Positions 1 to 8,876 of a DNA stretch of 64,000 bases are shown in pieces (within the stretch, counting starts at the first letter, position 1; each line of letters begins with the position of its first letter). The translations under genes were made by a program, and so were the position numbers. Source of the stretch: an uncultured delta proteobacterium (lineage in GTDB: Bacteria; Desulfobacterota; Desulfobacteria; Desulfobacterales; JAFDCJ01); assembly GCA_963769935.1 (NCBI GenBank), contig CAVYNY010000010.1:160001-224000 (forward strand). Reading direction: 5' to 3'. The notes below the pieces were generated by a model. The model had not been told where the DNA came from and made no database searches. It saw nothing but the letters and a program-made list of their open reading frames with translations.

Positions 1-1
1 C

Positions 2-1669
2 GTTCTGACGGCGCGCATCGACCGCTTAGGAGAAGCGGCCAAACAGGTTCTTCAAACGGCCTCGGTCATCGGCCAGGAGTTTGAAGCCGTGATCCTGCGC
101 CAGGTGGTGGATTTATCCGGAACAGAGCTGGACGCTTGCCAACATGCGCTGCAGGAGGTTGAATTCTTTTATCAGAAGGTTTTTTATCCGGAGCCGATTT
201 ATGCTTTCAAACACCCCATTGTGAGGGAAGTCGCCTATCATTCGCTGCTCACCAAAGCACGCGCCAGGCTCCACCGCCGCATAGTTCGGGCCATTGAAAT
301 CACTTATCCGGACCGCCAGGATGAACTTGCCGGGCTGGTGGCATACCACTGGGAAAAGGCGGGTAAACCACTCAAGGCCGCTCGCCGGCATCGGCGCGCT
401 GCGCATGCATCCGGTTTTGCCGAGGTTCAGCGGACATTCTTCCATTGGAGCCAAGCCCTAAGGCTGACTCAACTGGCGCCGGCCGTTGAGGAAGCGCAGC
501 GATTGCAGCTGGAGGCCTGCTGCGGAGCCCTTGACATCGGCGGCCGGGTCGATATTTCTCCCAAGCAAGTCCGGGAAATCTTTGAGGAAGGCCGTAAGCT
601 GGCCGAAAGATTTGGTGATCCCCGCTCTCTTTTGCGCCTGCATGAAGACCTGGCCGCGCGACTCGGGTGGTCGGGCGACCTCGCAGGTCAGAGACGATAT
701 CTCAAGGAGGCCACGATTATCGCTGAATCGGTTCCTGACCCTGAAATTAAACTGGGTCTTCTGCAACGCCGTTATGTTGCGGAGTTCCACCAGGGCGATT
801 TAAGGTCGGCCTTGAGCATGACGGAGGAAGGCATCGCCGGCTGTGAAGCCGCAGCGTCCGCCCTGCCGAATCCGGTTTTCAGTCGTCTTTTGCGCTCTTT
901 TCTGCTCGCACGAGCAAATGTCCTATCAATGACGGGCGAACTTGAGCAGGCCGGAGCACTCATAGATCAAGCGGCGCATCTCATGCCGCCGGCCGACAAA
1001 TCTAAACCGGACTCACGCACAACCCATACCGAAGCGCTGATTCGCGCCAACCTCTCGATCTATATCGGTGATATCGATGCCTGCTTGCGTGATGGGCGCG
1101 TTTTCGTAGAACTTGCAGAACGCTCAGGCTCTACCTGGGCCATTGCCGTTTCGGCTTCAACCCTCGGAAGAGCGCACCTGGTGGGGCAGCATTGGCCGCA
1201 AGCCCGGGAGTCACTCGAATACGCGCTGGCGCAGGCCCGGCAGCACAAGCTCGGACTGGAGGCGGAAGCCTCCTATCTGGCCTTTTTAGCCGAGGCTCTG
1301 GCGGGCTGCGGTGAGCTGGAGCAGGCGCTTGAAACCGCCGAGGAGGCGATCGCCGTGGCTCGCCGCAAGGGAACCCGATTCTGGGAGCTCCAGGCCCAAA
1401 CAGCTTTGGCAACCGTTCTTTTGCGCCGGTATCGAGCGGAGGATCGGAATCGCATTGCAGAAACCCTGGATCTGGCCGACGAACTGATTGAAAAAACCGG
1501 AGGGAAGGTAATGAGGCCGTTGATAGCCCTGCGGCGTGCTGAATTATCTGAACTGACGGGTGATAAAGCCGGCTATCTGCAATTGATTCAAAAGGCTTTC
1601 GACCTGTGCACTTCCATGGCCGCCCACGGATACGCCCAACGGCTGGCGGCCAAACTCAGAGCAGTTTGA
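2..1669 (+). CDS. C-terminal part of an adenylate/guanylate-cyclase-associated AAA ATPase with TPR-like helical repeats (5' truncated by window edge)
   Basis: Frame is open from base 2 (VLTARIDRLGEAAKQVLQTASVIGQEF). Motifs YAFKHPIVREVAY and LVAYHWEKAG are typical of this family, followed by TPR-like repeats. Confidence 0.8.
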   Translation, partial: VLTARIDRLGEAAKQVLQTASVIGQEFEAVILRQVVDLSGTELDACQHALQEVEFFYQKVFYPEPIYAFKHPIVREVAYHSLLTKARARLHRRIVRAIEITYPDRQDELAGLVAYHWEKAGKPLKAARRHRRAAHASGFAEVQRTFFHWSQALRLTQLAPAVEEAQRLQLEACCGALDIGGRVDISPKQVREIFEEGRKLAERFGDPRSLLRLHEDLAARLGWSGDLAGQRRYLKEATIIAESVPDPEIKLGLLQRRYVAEFHQGDLRSALSMTEEGIAGCEAAASALPNPVFSRLLRSFLLARANVLSMTGELEQAGALIDQAAHLMPPADKSKPDSRTTHTEALIRANLSIYIGDIDACLRDGRVFVELAERSGSTWAIAVSASTLGRAHLVGQHWPQARESLEYALAQARQHKLGLEAEASYLAFLAEALAGCGELEQALETAEEAIAVARRKGTRFWELQAQTALATVLLRRYRAEDRNRIAETLDLADELIEKTGGKVMRPLIALRRAELSELTGDKAGYLQLIQKAFDLCTSMAAHGYAQRLAAKLRAV

Positions 1670-1677
1670 ACCCCGAG

Positions 1678-2424
1678 CTAAGTTTCCTGATCAACAAAGA
1701 TATCCACACTCAGGACAGCCTCGCCCTTTTCAAAGTCAGCATCCAAATGATACCGCAAATACTTAACTTTAATTCTGAGAATCTTTTCATTGGTATCGTC
1801 AAAATTAATTTCGATGGTCGTTCCTATAGCAATGGCGGCATTGTTTCTAAGCTGATAATCGTAGACGAGCTTGTGTTCATCGGCTGAGTTTGAATTAGGC
1901 GGACCGAGGAGAGCGGCTATCTCTGATCTATCAGGCAACAAGGTTCGATCTAATGTCCGGATGTCAATTTTAATCTGCCGTTTGACCAGACTCTTTTCCG
2001 ACTTGCAGACCGACTGCATAATCTGAGTCAGCAATTTTCCGGTGAGGATATGCGTCAGGTTTTTGCTTAGATACCCCTCTTTCAAGCGATACTCCCCATC
2101 GAGGCGGACAAATCGCAATTCGATTGGCAGATCGTATTGCCCATCGGGTTTGGCCCATTTCCTTTCAGCATAGTAAGTCATGACGAGCTCATCACCGACG
2201 AACTTTTGTTCGGATGGCTCCGCACCGGCCAGCCAGGTAATATCTTCATCCAGCATGACCGGTTCCCGCAGGACGACACGAAATCCTTCCGATAATTCAA
2301 TCTGAAAATTCTTGTCAAAGTCACACAGCTGGTTTTTGACCCTGAATATTCTTTCGAGGATACACCCGTTAAGGATTAAGACTGCCGATAGCAATAAAGC
2401 AAATGTTTTAGGCCGGTAAAACAT
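1678..2424 (-). CDS. Hypothetical lipoprotein
   Basis: ATG at 2424 gives a hydrophobic signal ending in a lipobox-like LILNG-C. No family recognised. Confidence 0.65.
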   Translation of the reverse strand: MFYRPKTFALLLSAVLILNGCILERIFRVKNQLCDFDKNFQIELSEGFRVVLREPVMLDEDITWLAGAEPSEQKFVGDELVMTYYAERKWAKPDGQYDLPIELRFVRLDGEYRLKEGYLSKNLTHILTGKLLTQIMQSVCKSEKSLVKRQIKIDIRTLDRTLLPDRSEIAALLGPPNSNSADEHKLVYDYQLRNNAAIAIGTTIEINFDDTNEKILRIKVKYLRYHLDADFEKGEAVLSVDIFVDQET

Positions 2425-2536
2425 GATGAAAAACCTCAAAGACCGCAAATGAAATTATAAGCCCCGCTGGCCTTTGGAGTCAACCTATTGCCGGCAATCG
2501 AAAATGCCTGAAGATTGATCGAGTATTTTCGAAGTG

Positions 2537-2575
2537 AAAAATACAAAGAGGGCACCATCCGGTGCCCCCTGTTTT
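2537..2575 (-). terminator. Intrinsic terminator after the Gly/Gln-rich gene
   Basis: Stem AGAGGGCACC/GGTGCCCCCT (2547-2570) with T-rich tracts on both strands. Confidence 0.65.
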
Positions 2576-2598
2576 CTCCTATGACCTGTTAACCGGTT

Positions 2599-3276
2599 TT
2601 AGTATTGTCCGACGCCGGCGCCGTTTTCACCCTGGCTGTACGCATTGGCCTCATGGACCATGGATTGGACCTGGGCCTGAGACTGGGTTTTCGCCTGGGT
2701 GTGCAGCTGGGTCTGGATTTGAGATTGGGTATGGCTGTTGACCTGAGTTTGGTTCTGGGTCTGAGACTGAGTCATAGACTGGGACTGCATCTGGGACTGG
2801 GTTTGAATGTGAGCCTGGGCTTGCTCCTGAGTATGTGACTGTGTTCCGGTGGTCGAACCGACGCCGTGGCCGTTTACACCCTGGCTGCCGTTGCCTCCGC
2901 CACTGCCGGAACCCGCGCCTCCGCCACTACCGGTACCGCCTGGGCCGGGGCCGCTGCCGGGTCCACCACCAACTCCTCCACCCGCGCCGCTGCCGCCACC
3001 GTCGCCGCCTGCTCCATTGCCTGAACCCCCGCCACCCGGGGCCCCAGCGCCCGCACCGCCGCCGGCACCGCCTCCACCGCCGGGACCCCCTCCAGGCCCC
3101 TTGGCGAGGAACATGCCGCCCTCAAACTGGGCCGAAGCAATGTCGGCAGCCACCGACGGTTGAGTGCCGCTGCCGTTCGTCCGAAACAGGTTCGACGGAA
3201 CTGCACTCCAGGCCGGAAACGTAATGAACAACAGCCCTGAAACACACACGAATTTTTTTAACATTTGTCTCTTCAT
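2599..3276 (-). CDS. Secreted low-complexity Gly-rich / Gln-rich protein
   Basis: AGGAGG RBS, Sec signal (FITFPAWSA), a long Gly tract, then an alternating xQ tract (TQSQMQSQSMTQSQTQNQTQ). Confidence 0.75.
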   Translation of the reverse strand: MKRQMLKKFVCVSGLLFITFPAWSAVPSNLFRTNGSGTQPSVAADIASAQFEGGMFLAKGPGGGPGGGGGAGGGAGAGAPGGGGSGNGAGGDGGGSGAGGGVGGGPGSGPGPGGTGSGGGAGSGSGGGNGSQGVNGHGVGSTTGTQSHTQEQAQAHIQTQSQMQSQSMTQSQTQNQTQVNSHTQSQIQTQLHTQAKTQSQAQVQSMVHEANAYSQGENGAGVGQY

Positions 3277-3395
3277 ACATCCTCCTGTATCTGATTTTAA
3301 TTGGTTTCCATCCGATGCTCAACGAATGGCCGAGATTCTGCCTGCAATAACCTGCACCTCTGCACCCGGGCGCGACTCCCAGCACGGTTTGACAA

Positions 3396-3428
3396 TTAAA
3401 CGGATAAGCGGCCAGAAGGTTACAAATT
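3396..3428 (-). promoter_or_regulatory. Putative ECF sigma promoter, copy 1
   Basis: Minus strand TGTAACC-TTCTGGCCGCTTATC-CGTTTAA, with the same boxes and 15-nt spacer as the copy upstream of the sigma gene. Confidence 0.75.
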
Positions 3429-3576
3429 TTTTAACATTATTTTTAGAAATGCTAAAAATATGGGGAAAAAGAGAAGGAGTTGTCTGATTAAAAATTCAAT
3501 TGAGTCAACAATCAAGAATTATTGCATTATTATATACATAAATTGGGCCACCCAGCTTAGTGGCCAGAATTTATTC

Positions 3577-4551
3577 TTATTTGTTACCACCGCCGCCGCC
3601 GCCGGGACCGCCACCACCACCGGGACCACCGGAACCGCTGCCACCGGAACCACCGCCGCTGCCACCTCCAGAGCCACCGCTTCCTCCACTGCCTCCACCG
3701 GCACCCATCCCGCCCGGACCCGAGGCGCCGGCATTCCCGCCGGAGCTCCCGGAGGAACCTGCCTGTAACCCTCTGCCTTCATGGATGGCAGCGGTGAAGC
3801 CGCGGGCCAGGTTCTGAGGCTCGGACTGCCGCGCCTGGGTAACAAACGAGTTGTGCAGGGCCTGCATGTCTTCATGGTTGAAGCCTTTGGCCAGGGCTGT
3901 GGTGACCATGCCTGTGACGGCCTGGGATGAGACGCCCAGGCGCGAGGCGTCCCTCGCGGTCTGATAACACGCGAGCGCCAGACTGTAGGCCTGGTCGGAG
4001 TTCATGGAGCCTGCACGCTGCTGAACCATTTCCGTGATCTTGTCGGCGTCATCTCTGGACAGACCGGCTGCCAGGCCGGCGGCCAGCGTGCGACCAAGGT
4101 TTTGCGCACGGCTTTTCTGACTGGTAAGCTGCGCCGCACGCTGAAAGGCGAACGAATCTCGAGACTCGACCGTTTGCATGGCGCTGACGATCAGGGGCGT
4201 AGGCACGTTTTTGGCCATGCCTTCGAAGGCCTTGTTAATCAGCGGCTCTACGGGTATACCGCTGTTATGGGCCTCGATCATCAGTGTGTGGGCCATTTGG
4301 ATCTGGCGTTCGTCAAAGTTGTGCTGCAGCATGGCATGGGTGAGCTTGACCACGCTCGCCGCTTCCAAACCGCTTTTAACCGCCTGCCGGGTGCTGGCCT
4401 TGACCGCCGCGGGCGTATTTGCCGGCAAACTGTCGTCTATCGCATCTGCCAGGGCAGCACCCGCAAACAGCAGCACCAGAATCATCGAACCCAGCGCAAC
4501 CAACCCAACGGTCCGGTATCTAATTTTTAATTTTGGTATCAAATCTTTCAT
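3577..4551 (-). CDS. Exported alpha-helical hypothetical protein with Gly/Ser-rich C-terminal tail
   Basis: ATG at 4551 with AAGGAA RBS, signal/TM segment (LVLLFAGAALA), Ala-rich helical body and GGS tail. Confidence 0.7.
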   Translation of the reverse strand: MKDLIPKLKIRYRTVGLVALGSMILVLLFAGAALADAIDDSLPANTPAAVKASTRQAVKSGLEAASVVKLTHAMLQHNFDERQIQMAHTLMIEAHNSGIPVEPLINKAFEGMAKNVPTPLIVSAMQTVESRDSFAFQRAAQLTSQKSRAQNLGRTLAAGLAAGLSRDDADKITEMVQQRAGSMNSDQAYSLALACYQTARDASRLGVSSQAVTGMVTTALAKGFNHEDMQALHNSFVTQARQSEPQNLARGFTAAIHEGRGLQAGSSGSSGGNAGASGPGGMGAGGGSGGSGGSGGGSGGGSGGSGSGGPGGGGGPGGGGGGNK

Positions 4552-4588
4552 TGCTGAAAGTTCCTTTAAACCTAAAAATTTTAAAATA

Positions 4589-4695
4589 GGACACGGATTT
4601 ATACGGAGCTTCATAAATTTTTAACAAATTTTTGGTTTTTCTAAAATGTTGTCGAAGACAATAAATATCCGTGTCATCTGCTTTCATCCGTGTCC
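4589..4695. repeat. REP-like inverted-repeat element (GGACACGGAT...ATCCGTGTCC)
   Basis: 10-bp inverted ends. Related ACACGGAT/GCACGGAT arms occur at ~17991-18022 and 28286-28300. Confidence 0.55.
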
Positions 4696-4716
4696 CCCTT
4701 AAAATTCAGACATTTA

Positions 4717-5043
4717 CTATTCCGGAACATACACACAGTTGCGAGAGCCAAAATCATCCTTTTCGGAAAACTTACAATCGGGCACATACACTGCCCCGTC
4801 CACGATGTAAAAATACCGGAATTCAGAACCGGCCGTCACGCTGACCACCCAGCGTGAGTCGTCTGCTTTGCCGGCCAGGTGCGGGCTGTAAGCATCCAGC
4901 GAGGAAGCGAACGCCACCCCCTGTGCCCCGGGCGCCCTGAGATAGAAGGTCACCCGGTCTGACTGCCGTTCGTAATAATGGGTTGCGGCGCACCCTTCAA
5001 GACCAAAGGCGGCAACCGTCAAAAGCAGAAACAGAATTTTCAC
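4717..5043 (-). CDS. Lipoprotein with glycogen-binding (CBM48/AMPK-beta-like) domain
   Basis: Lipobox FGLEG-C. VTFYLRAPGAQGVAF...W...EFRYFYIVDG...DDFGSRN matches the E-set glycogen-binding pattern. Confidence 0.75.
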   Translation of the reverse strand: MKILFLLLTVAAFGLEGCAATHYYERQSDRVTFYLRAPGAQGVAFASSLDAYSPHLAGKADDSRWVVSVTAGSEFRYFYIVDGAVYVPDCKFSEKDDFGSRNCVYVPE

Positions 5044-5597
5044 GTTCTCATGTTCACGGCCAGAATTGAGTTCTCGCCGCCGAAATCATCCTTTTCGCGA
5101 ATAGGTATGGTCGGGTCGGGGATCCGTTTATGTCCATCGATGATGTAGCAAAGCCGGTGCTCGCCGGGCGGTACGTCGAGAACCGTCTCCCAGTAACCGC
5201 TGCCGGTTCTTTGCATGGGTACAGCTTTCCAGCCAAGAAAGCTGCCGGTGATTTCCACCTCCTTCACATGCGGTTGATACAGGACAAAGCGGTACTTCGT
5301 CGGCACGGGCAGTTCCCGCTGTGGCGTTGCGAAAAACATAACCAGCAGGGCGGCCGCCAACCCGGCGGCAAACATGCCGGCCGGGCGCCACAGCGCGATC
5401 GAAAACCGGCGTTTTTCACGAAACACGACAGCCGGCACACGGTCGACCACTTCGCCGCGCACCCGCTTTTCCTGGTGCAGCAGATCCACGGCCTCGTCTT
5501 TAAAATGCGCATGGACATGTACGGTTTCGACAAACTCGATCTTCTCGTCCAGGTCCAGCTCGTCGTCGATATAGCTGCTTATCAGATAATCCCTCAT
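5040..5597 (-). CDS. Transmembrane anti-sigma factor with extracytoplasmic glycogen-binding (CBM48-like) domain
   Basis: N-terminal LISSYIDDEL (zf-HC2-like but lacking Cys), one TM helix, C-terminal VEITGSFLGW...GYWETVLDVPPGEH...IIDG...PDP...DDFGGENS. Overlaps the sigma stop codon. Confidence 0.8.
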   Translation of the reverse strand: MRDYLISSYIDDELDLDEKIEFVETVHVHAHFKDEAVDLLHQEKRVRGEVVDRVPAVVFREKRRFSIALWRPAGMFAAGLAAALLVMFFATPQRELPVPTKYRFVLYQPHVKEVEITGSFLGWKAVPMQRTGSGYWETVLDVPPGEHRLCYIIDGHKRIPDPTIPIREKDDFGGENSILAVNMRT

Positions 5598-6061
5598 TTT
5601 TCACCTGTATTCATCATTTTTCTCAGTTTCACCCGGGCGCGGTGAACCCGGACCTTGACATTGCTCTCGCTCGTATTGGTTATCCGGGCGATTTCCCGGT
5701 AGGAAAGATCCCGACTGACCACCAGCGAAAGAACCTCCCGCTCTTCCGGCTCCAGTTCCTGCAGGGCCGCCAGCACCCGCCGGTAGTCTTCGCGCACCAT
5801 CAGGTGCGCTTCCGGGTTGGGCTGGGAATGTTCCGGCTCGTCATAAAGTTGGCTATCACGCCCCTGTTTGCGATGCCCGTCGACCACGGCATTACGGGCG
5901 ATGGCATACAACAAGGCCGGGTTTTGACCCTTTTCACCGTATTTTTCCAGATACCGCGTAAAGCTCTCCTGCAGGATGTCGCTCGAAAGGTGGTAATCCC
6001 CGGTGCTCCTCATCAGGTATGCAAAAAGCCGGTCCCGGTGCTTTCTATAAAATTCCCTCAA
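5594..6061 (-). CDS. ECF-family RNA polymerase sigma factor
   Basis: Region 2 (DILQESF, LYAIARNAVVD) and region 4 (LSYREIARIT...VKVRVHRARVKLR), 155 aa. Confidence 0.92.
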   Translation of the reverse strand: MREFYRKHRDRLFAYLMRSTGDYHLSSDILQESFTRYLEKYGEKGQNPALLYAIARNAVVDGHRKQGRDSQLYDEPEHSQPNPEAHLMVREDYRRVLAALQELEPEEREVLSLVVSRDLSYREIARITNTSESNVKVRVHRARVKLRKMMNTGEK

Positions 6062-6077
6062 ATTCGCACTCTTCTAT

Positions 6078-6110
6078 TTAAACGAACTACGGGTTAAAAG
6101 GTTACAAATT
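6078..6110 (-). promoter_or_regulatory. Putative autoregulatory ECF promoter, copy 2
   Basis: Minus strand TGTAACC-TTTTAACCCGTAGTT-CGTTTAA, directly upstream of the sigma start. AAC/CGT cores are typical of ECF promoters. Confidence 0.78.
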
Positions 6111-6116
6111 CGATCT

Positions 6117-6302
6117 TTATTTATACACCCGCTGATAAATTTCACACTCTCTAAAATTCCGCAGGCAGTATTTGACGGCATAGGGTATTTTCATGCTGGT
6201 CATGTCGATGCAGTAACAGTTCGGTAGGGGATCATCGAGGATCGGGCACATCTTACCTGCATTGTCAAAACTGTCGAAGGTCTGTCGTGTTAAAACGGCC
6301 AT
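6117..6302 (-). CDS. Small Cys-rich hypothetical protein (61 aa)
   Basis: GGAGGG RBS before ATG at 6302. CP...CYC...YC...C pattern. Confidence 0.6.
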   Translation of the reverse strand: MAVLTRQTFDSFDNAGKMCPILDDPLPNCYCIDMTSMKIPYAVKYCLRNFRECEIYQRVYK

Positions 6303-6407
6303 GACAAAATGCCCCTCCGGTGCAGAAACCAAAAAGTTACGCCTCTGTATCTAAGCTGCTGCATTCGTAAGGCGGGGAAAGCAGAGCCCGAAATTGCACT
6401 CAAAAGC

Positions 6408-6436
6408 TATAACGTGGAAAGATGCCTGAGGTTACA
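6408..6436 (-). promoter_or_regulatory. Putative ECF promoter, copy 3
   Basis: Minus strand TGTAACC-TCAGGCATCTTTCCA-CGTTATA with a 15-nt spacer, upstream of the small Cys-rich ORF. Confidence 0.65.
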
Positions 6437-6444
6437 ATTGAGGT

Positions 6445-7224
6445 TCAGCCGGAAATCACATAAACATAAACCTCCCGCGGACCGTGGGCGCCGTGCACCA
6501 TGGTGGCTTCGACATCAGCGGTTTTGCTGGGCCCGGAGATAAAGGTCATGCAGTTGGTCAGGCCCTCTTTTTGAAAAGCCGGGTCCCAATTTAACAACGC
6601 ATATAGCTCTTTGAGGTCGGCGATGATCTGATCAGGTGTGATGACGGCGACGTGAATGGAGGGAACGAGGGACACCGACCGGGCCTGCCCGGGCCGGGTT
6701 CGCATAACCAGAGTGGCGGTCTCGGCCATGCAGAAATCAGCAGAAGTAATTCCGATGAAAGAATCGATGACGTTTTTTCGAATTCGCTCTCTTGCCTGGG
6801 TCGCAGAAGCTGCGTCTGCCACGGCGTCTTCAAATGCGGCGATGTGCAGCGGCGCATTCTGACCCGCCAGCGCATCCGCCAGATTCAGGCTCTCAAGCAA
6901 GGGATGCTGCCACATGACAACCTGTTTTTGATTACCGAACTCCGGGTCCTTTTCTCGAACCAGATCGGCAATGGCGGCGGTGACGGCTGCCCGGTCTTTT
7001 AAAACCGTGACCTTGAGGTTGATGGGCGCAGCCATTTCCATCAGCCGGTCGATCAACTGCTGCCTGTCCGCCGCCGAGCGGTGCTTGATTCGATCGAGGA
7101 TGACAGCAGTTTCATCGGTAAACTGACTGGTGCAAAGATCTTTGGCAGCCCGCCGCTCATCGGGAACATGCCCAAGCGCGGACCGAATCCGGCCGATAAA
7201 TGCTTGCTGTCCTGAATTGTCCAT
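6445..7224 (-). CDS. lutC: Lactate utilization protein C (LUD domain)
   Basis: RSVSLVPSIHVAV and FISGPSKTADVEATMVHGAHGP motifs; third gene of a lut operon. Confidence 0.9.
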   Translation of the reverse strand: MDNSGQQAFIGRIRSALGHVPDERRAAKDLCTSQFTDETAVILDRIKHRSAADRQQLIDRLMEMAAPINLKVTVLKDRAAVTAAIADLVREKDPEFGNQKQVVMWQHPLLESLNLADALAGQNAPLHIAAFEDAVADAASATQARERIRKNVIDSFIGITSADFCMAETATLVMRTRPGQARSVSLVPSIHVAVITPDQIIADLKELYALLNWDPAFQKEGLTNCMTFISGPSKTADVEATMVHGAHGPREVYVYVISG

Positions 7225-7292
7225 TTAATTACTCCGCCCCGTAAAATAAACGAATAACTCTCAATTGAGCCTTATTTCCAGCTCAATTGGGC

Positions 7293-8720
7293 TCAAAGGC
7301 CTTTCTTCCACCGCTTGATAAAGCTCTCCCCTGCTACCGGTTGGATATCCCGGTCCTTCGTCCAGCCGCTCATGGGCGGCGGCAGCCGCCGGATCATGCC
7401 GTTTTGGGCCGGTAGGATTTTTTGCCCGAGGAACGTCAGCCACATGAAAAAATCATAGACACCGCGGTTGCGAATTATCCACGACCACATCTGAAAGATC
7501 ATTTTTTCGGCATTGCTGGCCCGGGTTACATTCCAGGCGGGATCGCCATCGGCCAGTTTGGCCCGCAGCGCCAGCAGCATGCGTGGAATGTCGATATTGA
7601 TCGGACACGCATCCTGGCAGGCTCCACACAGGGTTTCTCCCTGGCACAGGTCTTTAGCCTCGTTGATGCCGGCCAGCAGCGGCATTACCACGGCTCCCAC
7701 CGGACCTGAGTAGGGATGTCCGTAGGAATGCCCCCCGATTTTCCCGTAGACCGGACAGATATTCAAACAGGCGGCACACCGGATGCAGCACAGCATCTCC
7801 CGAAATTCTTTATCCGCCAGGATTCGGCTGCGGCCGTTGTCCAGAATCACCAGGTGAAACTCATCCGGTCCATCTACCTGGTTCGGCTGCCGGGGGCCGC
7901 CGACATAGCTTACGTAAGTGCCTATATTCTGAGCTGCGGCTGCCCGGCAAAGCAGTCTTAAAAGAATGTCGTGATCCTCCAGCCTGGCAGCGACGCGTTC
8001 CATACCCATTATGGCCACATGAACTTTCGGCATGGTGGAGGACATGCGGATGTTGCCCTCATTGGATACGGTGGCGATGTGGCCGGTTTCCGCACAAGCG
8101 ATGTTGCAGCCGGAAAACCCGATGTCAGCCTTCAGAAATTTTTTCCGCAAAGATTTTCTGGCAGCGCGGGTTAAACTCGGAGGATCATCGGTATAAGCGA
8201 TTCCGATTTTGTCGGCAAACAGCCTGCCGATATCGACCCGGGTCTTATGGATGGCCGGTGCAATAATGTGGGATGGCCGTTCACCGGCCAGTTGAATAAT
8301 GTATTCTCCTAAATCGGTTTCGGCCACGTCGATGCCGTCTTCCTTCAATGCAGAATTGAGCCCGATTTCTTCACTCACCATGGATTTGCCTTTGACTGCC
8401 AGCGTTGCCTTGTGCTTGCGGGCAGTTGCCAGACAATAATCCAAAGCGGCCTGGCAGTCCTGGGCAAAAAATACATGGCCGCCATTTTGGCGAACGTTCG
8501 CAGCCAGCGTCTCCAGCAAAACATCCAGGTTTGCGATGGCCGCTTCGCGTATCTCATGGGCTTTAAGACGCAGATCCGGCCCTTCCGGCAATTTTCGGTA
8601 AGCAATTGCAGTGCCCCGGCCAAAACGGTTTTGAAGATCGGCCAGCGCGCTCTGCAGAACCTTGTTATTCAAAGCTCTTTTGGCTTCCGCAATATAATCT
8701 CCGATAAAAATTTCACTCAT
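7293..8720 (-). CDS. lutB: Lactate utilization Fe-S protein B
   Basis: KGKSMVSEEI, ETDLGEYIIQL, CIRCAACLNICPVY and LCGACQDACP motifs. Confidence 0.93.
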   Translation of the reverse strand: MSEIFIGDYIAEAKRALNNKVLQSALADLQNRFGRGTAIAYRKLPEGPDLRLKAHEIREAAIANLDVLLETLAANVRQNGGHVFFAQDCQAALDYCLATARKHKATLAVKGKSMVSEEIGLNSALKEDGIDVAETDLGEYIIQLAGERPSHIIAPAIHKTRVDIGRLFADKIGIAYTDDPPSLTRAARKSLRKKFLKADIGFSGCNIACAETGHIATVSNEGNIRMSSTMPKVHVAIMGMERVAARLEDHDILLRLLCRAAAAQNIGTYVSYVGGPRQPNQVDGPDEFHLVILDNGRSRILADKEFREMLCCIRCAACLNICPVYGKIGGHSYGHPYSGPVGAVVMPLLAGINEAKDLCQGETLCGACQDACPINIDIPRMLLALRAKLADGDPAWNVTRASNAEKMIFQMWSWIIRNRGVYDFFMWLTFLGQKILPAQNGMIRRLPPPMSGWTKDRDIQPVAGESFIKRWKKGL

Positions 8721-8729
8721 AGGTTCGTA

Positions 8730-8876
8730 TTCCGAGTTGCGAGTTGCGTGTTATTGTTGCACGCTAATTGTGTCGGGTTTAGGGTTCAGGGTTAAAGGAA
8801 TTCTATCGATTATAAACAATATCATAGACGGAGCGAAGCGACTTCCACAAATATTCATTTTTCAATTTTCAATTGT
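8730..8876. repeat. Intergenic mosaic repeat (short tandem units plus GGAGCGAAGCGAC core)
   Basis: CGAGTTG x2-3, AGGGTTY x3, GGAGCGAAGCGAC and TTTTCAA units. Related cores occur at ~26060-26125 and ~63855-63900. Confidence 0.5.

Noticed and set aside
2849..3817. Pro-rich plus-strand ORFs (2849-3163, 3560-3817)
   Set aside because: Antisense shadows of Gly-codon tracts in genes that have an RBS and signal peptide on the minus strand.
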